Below are positions 13,559-16,100 of a DNA stretch of 16,100 bases, piece after piece. Origin of the DNA: an uncultured archaeon (GTDB lineage Archaea; Iainarchaeota; Iainarchaeia; Iainarchaeales; CSSED10-239); contig CAZPGO010000018.1 in the NCBI GenBank assembly GCA_964586355.1, forward strand, positions 1 to 16,100. Direction: 5' to 3'. Both the position numbers and the translations under genes were made by a program. The first letter of the stretch is position 1, and the number at the start of each line of letters is the position of its first letter. A model generated the notes under the pieces. The model saw nothing but the letters and a program-made list of their open reading frames with translations, searched no databases and was not told the origin of the DNA.

Positions 13559-14986
13559 TCACCTAAACTTTAACTTCTGCTTCTTCATTCCTTTCATGTT
13601 TGCAAACTGACTCATGTCCATTTTAGAAAGATCTAAACTATTTGGATCAAGTTCACCATTTTGACCTTGGAATTGCTTTGCCATTCCTTCCATTTTCTTA
13701 GTATCCATGCCTTTAAACATTTTCTTCATTTTCTTAATATGCGAAGATAGTTCTTTTACTTCTTCTAAACTTGTTCCAGAACCCTTTGAGATTCTGTCCA
13801 TTCTTGAACGAGTAAGAAAGTCAGGACCATTTTTAAGTTCTTCTTTTGTAAAAGATTCTAAAATTGCTTTATATTTATCCATCTTTTTTTGACCAACATT
13901 CATTTGATCATTCGAAATCTTATTTCCAACACCTAAAAAACCTAAAACCTTTGAAAAAGGACCAAGTTTTTTTGAAAATTCTAACTGTTGTTTAAATACT
14001 CCAAATGTAACATTTCCTTTCAAAAGTTCTTCTGGATTAATATCTTTTATTTTTTCTAGTTCTTCTTCTTGAGTTACTTCTGAAATCTTCTCCATTAAGC
14101 TTTCAAGATCTCCAAACCCAAGAACTCTTGAAAGATATCTATTGGAGTCAAAGATTTCAAAATCATCTGCTTTTTCTCCAGTTCCAATAAAATAAACAGG
14201 AGATTTAGTAATATAACAGGCAGTTAGCGCACCACCACCTTTAGCAGACCCATCAAGCTTTGTAATAATAACACCGTTAACACCAATAGCAGTATTAAAA
14301 GCAGTTGCTTGATCTTTAACAGCTTGACCAATATCTGCAGAGATTACTAAGAATGAAAATTTAGGAGTAAACACATCATTTATTTCCTTAATCTCTGTTA
14401 CTAGCTCAGAATCTAAGGCACTTCTTCCTGCTGAATCAACAATAATTAAGTTACATCCGTTTTTCTTATGAACCTCAAGTCCTTCTTTAGTAACCTTTCT
14501 TGCAGATTTTTCATTAGTGTTTCCATAAAAATCAACATCAACCATTTCAGACAATTGTTTTAATTGTTCATAAGCTGCTGGTCTATATGTGTCTGCACAA
14601 ATAACACCAACCTTTAATCCTCTCTTCTTATAGAACTTAGCAAGTTTTGCTGCAGTTGTTGTCTTTCCTGAACCAAACAAACCACAAAGAAGAATTGTTT
14701 CTGGGTTTTCAGGAAGTAGAGTTTTTACTTCTCCACCCATATATTTTAGAAGAGTTTCATAACATAATCTAACAATATGTTCTTTTCTTGTTATTCCCGA
14801 AGGTATTTCAACAAAGGCTTTTTCTTCAATTTCTTTTGAGATATTTAGAACTAGTTGTATATTTACATCTGAGGAGATTAAAGCTCTTTGAATCTCCTTA
14901 ATTACTTCTTTTATTAGATCTTTGTCTACATGCATAGAATGTTTTACTTTATCTAATGCATCTCTTAGTTTATCTCCAAAGCCCAT
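13559..14986 (-). CDS. srp54: Signal recognition particle protein SRP54
   Basis: The 475 aa protein has an N domain, the G-domain motifs GLFGSGKTTTAAKLA (P-loop), DTYRPAA, DSAGR and TKLDG, and a Met-rich C-terminal M domain (MKKMFKGMDTKKMEGMAKQF...MDMSQFANMKGM). Confidence 0.93.
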   Translation of the reverse strand: MGFGDKLRDALDKVKHSMHVDKDLIKEVIKEIQRALISSDVNIQLVLNISKEIEEKAFVEIPSGITRKEHIVRLCYETLLKYMGGEVKTLLPENPETILLCGLFGSGKTTTAAKLAKFYKKRGLKVGVICADTYRPAAYEQLKQLSEMVDVDFYGNTNEKSARKVTKEGLEVHKKNGCNLIIVDSAGRSALDSELVTEIKEINDVFTPKFSFLVISADIGQAVKDQATAFNTAIGVNGVIITKLDGSAKGGGALTACYITKSPVYFIGTGEKADDFEIFDSNRYLSRVLGFGDLESLMEKISEVTQEEELEKIKDINPEELLKGNVTFGVFKQQLEFSKKLGPFSKVLGFLGVGNKISNDQMNVGQKKMDKYKAILESFTKEELKNGPDFLTRSRMDRISKGSGTSLEEVKELSSHIKKMKKMFKGMDTKKMEGMAKQFQGQNGELDPNSLDLSKMDMSQFANMKGMKKQKLKFR

Positions 14987-15144
14987 ATTTGATCAAATAT
15001 ATATTTTAGTATATATATTTTAAATAAGAAATAAATATAAAAGGGTATTTTCTGTTTAAAAAAAGCTTATAAAAAAGAAAAATAAATTTTTATCTTATTT
15101 CTGTTTTTTATTAATAGTTTAAAAAAAAGTTCAATAAATTAAAA

Positions 15145-15426
15145 CTATTTTAAAAAAAGACCTTTAATAAAAGATCTATTATTCTTAAAAACCACAAAAG
15201 ATTTTGATATTTTATTATTTAAAATTAAGCCTATAGTTCCAGAAGTTTTATCAGAACTATTTATTTCATTAAAAACATCTGCTTGATTTAAATCTTCTTC
15301 AATCACTATTCTATTTCTAGATTTTGTTGAATTTTGTATTAAAAATATTGAAACTAAAACAGCCCCAAGAATAACTATTCCTAACAAAATAATTATTTCT
15401 ATTGATATTTGTCCTTTTTTTACCAT
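15145..15426 (-). CDS. Small class III signal peptide (type IV pilin-like) protein
   Basis: The 93 aa protein starts MVKKGQISIEIIILLGIVILGAVLV. This is the KGQ-x-S-x-E motif followed by a hydrophobic helix, as in EppA/PibD-processed archaeal pilins (DUF361-like). Confidence 0.65.
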   Translation of the reverse strand: MVKKGQISIEIIILLGIVILGAVLVSIFLIQNSTKSRNRIVIEEDLNQADVFNEINSSDKTSGTIGLILNNKISKSFVVFKNNRSFIKGLFLK

Positions 15427-15449
15427 CCATAATCACAATTAAATTTTTA

Positions 15450-16100
15450 TTATTCTTTAACTTCAATATAAAGAGGTTCTAAATATCTTTTAGTTGAAAA
15501 AGGATCCTCAATATAATAAACAAACTTATAATTTCCTGGAGAATTACATATTACAGAATTTTCAAAACTATAAAAATCCTTAACTTCACTGGTACTACCT
15601 AATTCCTCATAAAACCCAGAACCACTTGAAGTACCTTGATCAGAATAACACTCTTCTGTGGATTCATAATAGTTAGGACTAGTCTCCTTTTGAATACTTA
15701 AATTTTTAATCCCATAAGAAGAATTTTCGAGAATAGTTTCATAAGAATAAATAAAAATTGTAAACTCTTCTCCTGGTGATCTTACTAAACCTGAAGAATA
15801 TGCAAAAGCATCACTTATATAAATGTTAACTGGTGAACTCCAAGAAACAACACCATCTTTTTTACCAGAATATCTTATTTGATATTCTCCTTTAGCTCTA
15901 CAACTAATTTCTGGAAGTATTAAATTATATTCAGATATCATAGGATCTAAGTTAATTCCAAAACTACCAATAGAGACAAGAATTAAAATTTCTCCAAAAC
16001 AATCATTAGTTAGCACAAACGAAGCACCTTGTTTTTTTTTAATTTCTATTTCAGTAATTTCTGTTCCTTCTTTGTAATTTGAGGTTAGATTAAGATCAAA
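15450..16100 (-). CDS. Hypothetical secreted/surface protein, C-terminal part (ORF open to the right edge)
   Basis: The ORF track starts it at a GTG (16016). However, the same frame translates without a stop through 16017..16100 (FDLNLTSNYKEGTEITEIEIKKKQGASF-VLTND...), so the gene most likely begins outside the window. It is Ser/Tyr/Glu-rich and I recognise no family. Confidence 0.5.
   Translation of the reverse strand, partial: FDLNLTSNYKEGTEITEIEIKKKQGASFVLTNDCFGEILILVSIGSFGINLDPMISEYNLILPEISCRAKGEYQIRYSGKKDGVVSWSSPVNIYISDAFAYSSGLVRSPGEEFTIFIYSYETILENSSYGIKNLSIQKETSPNYYESTEECYSDQGTSSGSGFYEELGSTSEVKDFYSFENSVICNSPGNYKFVYYIEDPFSTKRYLEPLYIEVKE

Noticed and set aside
13707-13892. 61-aa plus-strand ORF from the six-frame track
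   Set aside because: It lies antisense inside the conserved M-domain region of srp54 and has no independent support.
15450-16016. GTG at 16016 as the true start of the last ORF
   Set aside because: The frame remains open for the 28 codons upstream to the window edge, and the sequence there (…EIKKKQGASF) does not look like an N-terminus. The ORF is more likely a truncated larger gene.

Overview
This is a very AT-rich chromosomal window. Its housekeeping genes look archaeal: a short archaeal/eukaryal-type AspRS, SRP54, an A24 prepilin/preflagellin-type peptidase, and proteins with class III (archaeal type IV pilin) signal peptides. I infer a small-genome, DPANN-like archaeon.

The main result is a complete diversity-generating retroelement (DGR) on the minus strand at about 10318..13382. 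In transcription order it runs: target gene with a 3' variable repeat (VR, 12535..12638), three stem-loops, an Avd-like four-helix-bundle gene (11991..12377), the template repeat (TR, 11753..11856), and a reverse transcriptase (10318..11820).
- TR and VR align without gaps over 104 nt. They differ at 20 positions, and 17 of those are adenines on the TR coding strand. The TR carries 11 AAY codons. This is the classic DGR signature.
- The target is a pilin-like protein: a class III signal peptide followed by a DUF1566/C-type-lectin-like C-terminal domain.
- An A24 prepilin peptidase gene lies directly downstream of the RT.
- The TR overlaps the RT start codon.
- The RT has a C-terminal extension of about 100 aa that aligns without gaps to the start of MutS domain I.

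Other genes in the window:
- aspS
- two GNAT acetyltransferases
- a SpoIIM-like membrane protein
- an orphan Cas4/RecB-type PD-(D/E)XK nuclease with an Fe-S cysteine cluster
- radC
- a bacterial/eukaryal-type tRNA-guanine transglycosylase, translationally coupled to a wHTH-Fic protein
- srp54
- a second small pilin-like gene next to a partial secreted-protein ORF

I found no rRNA, tRNA or CRISPR array.
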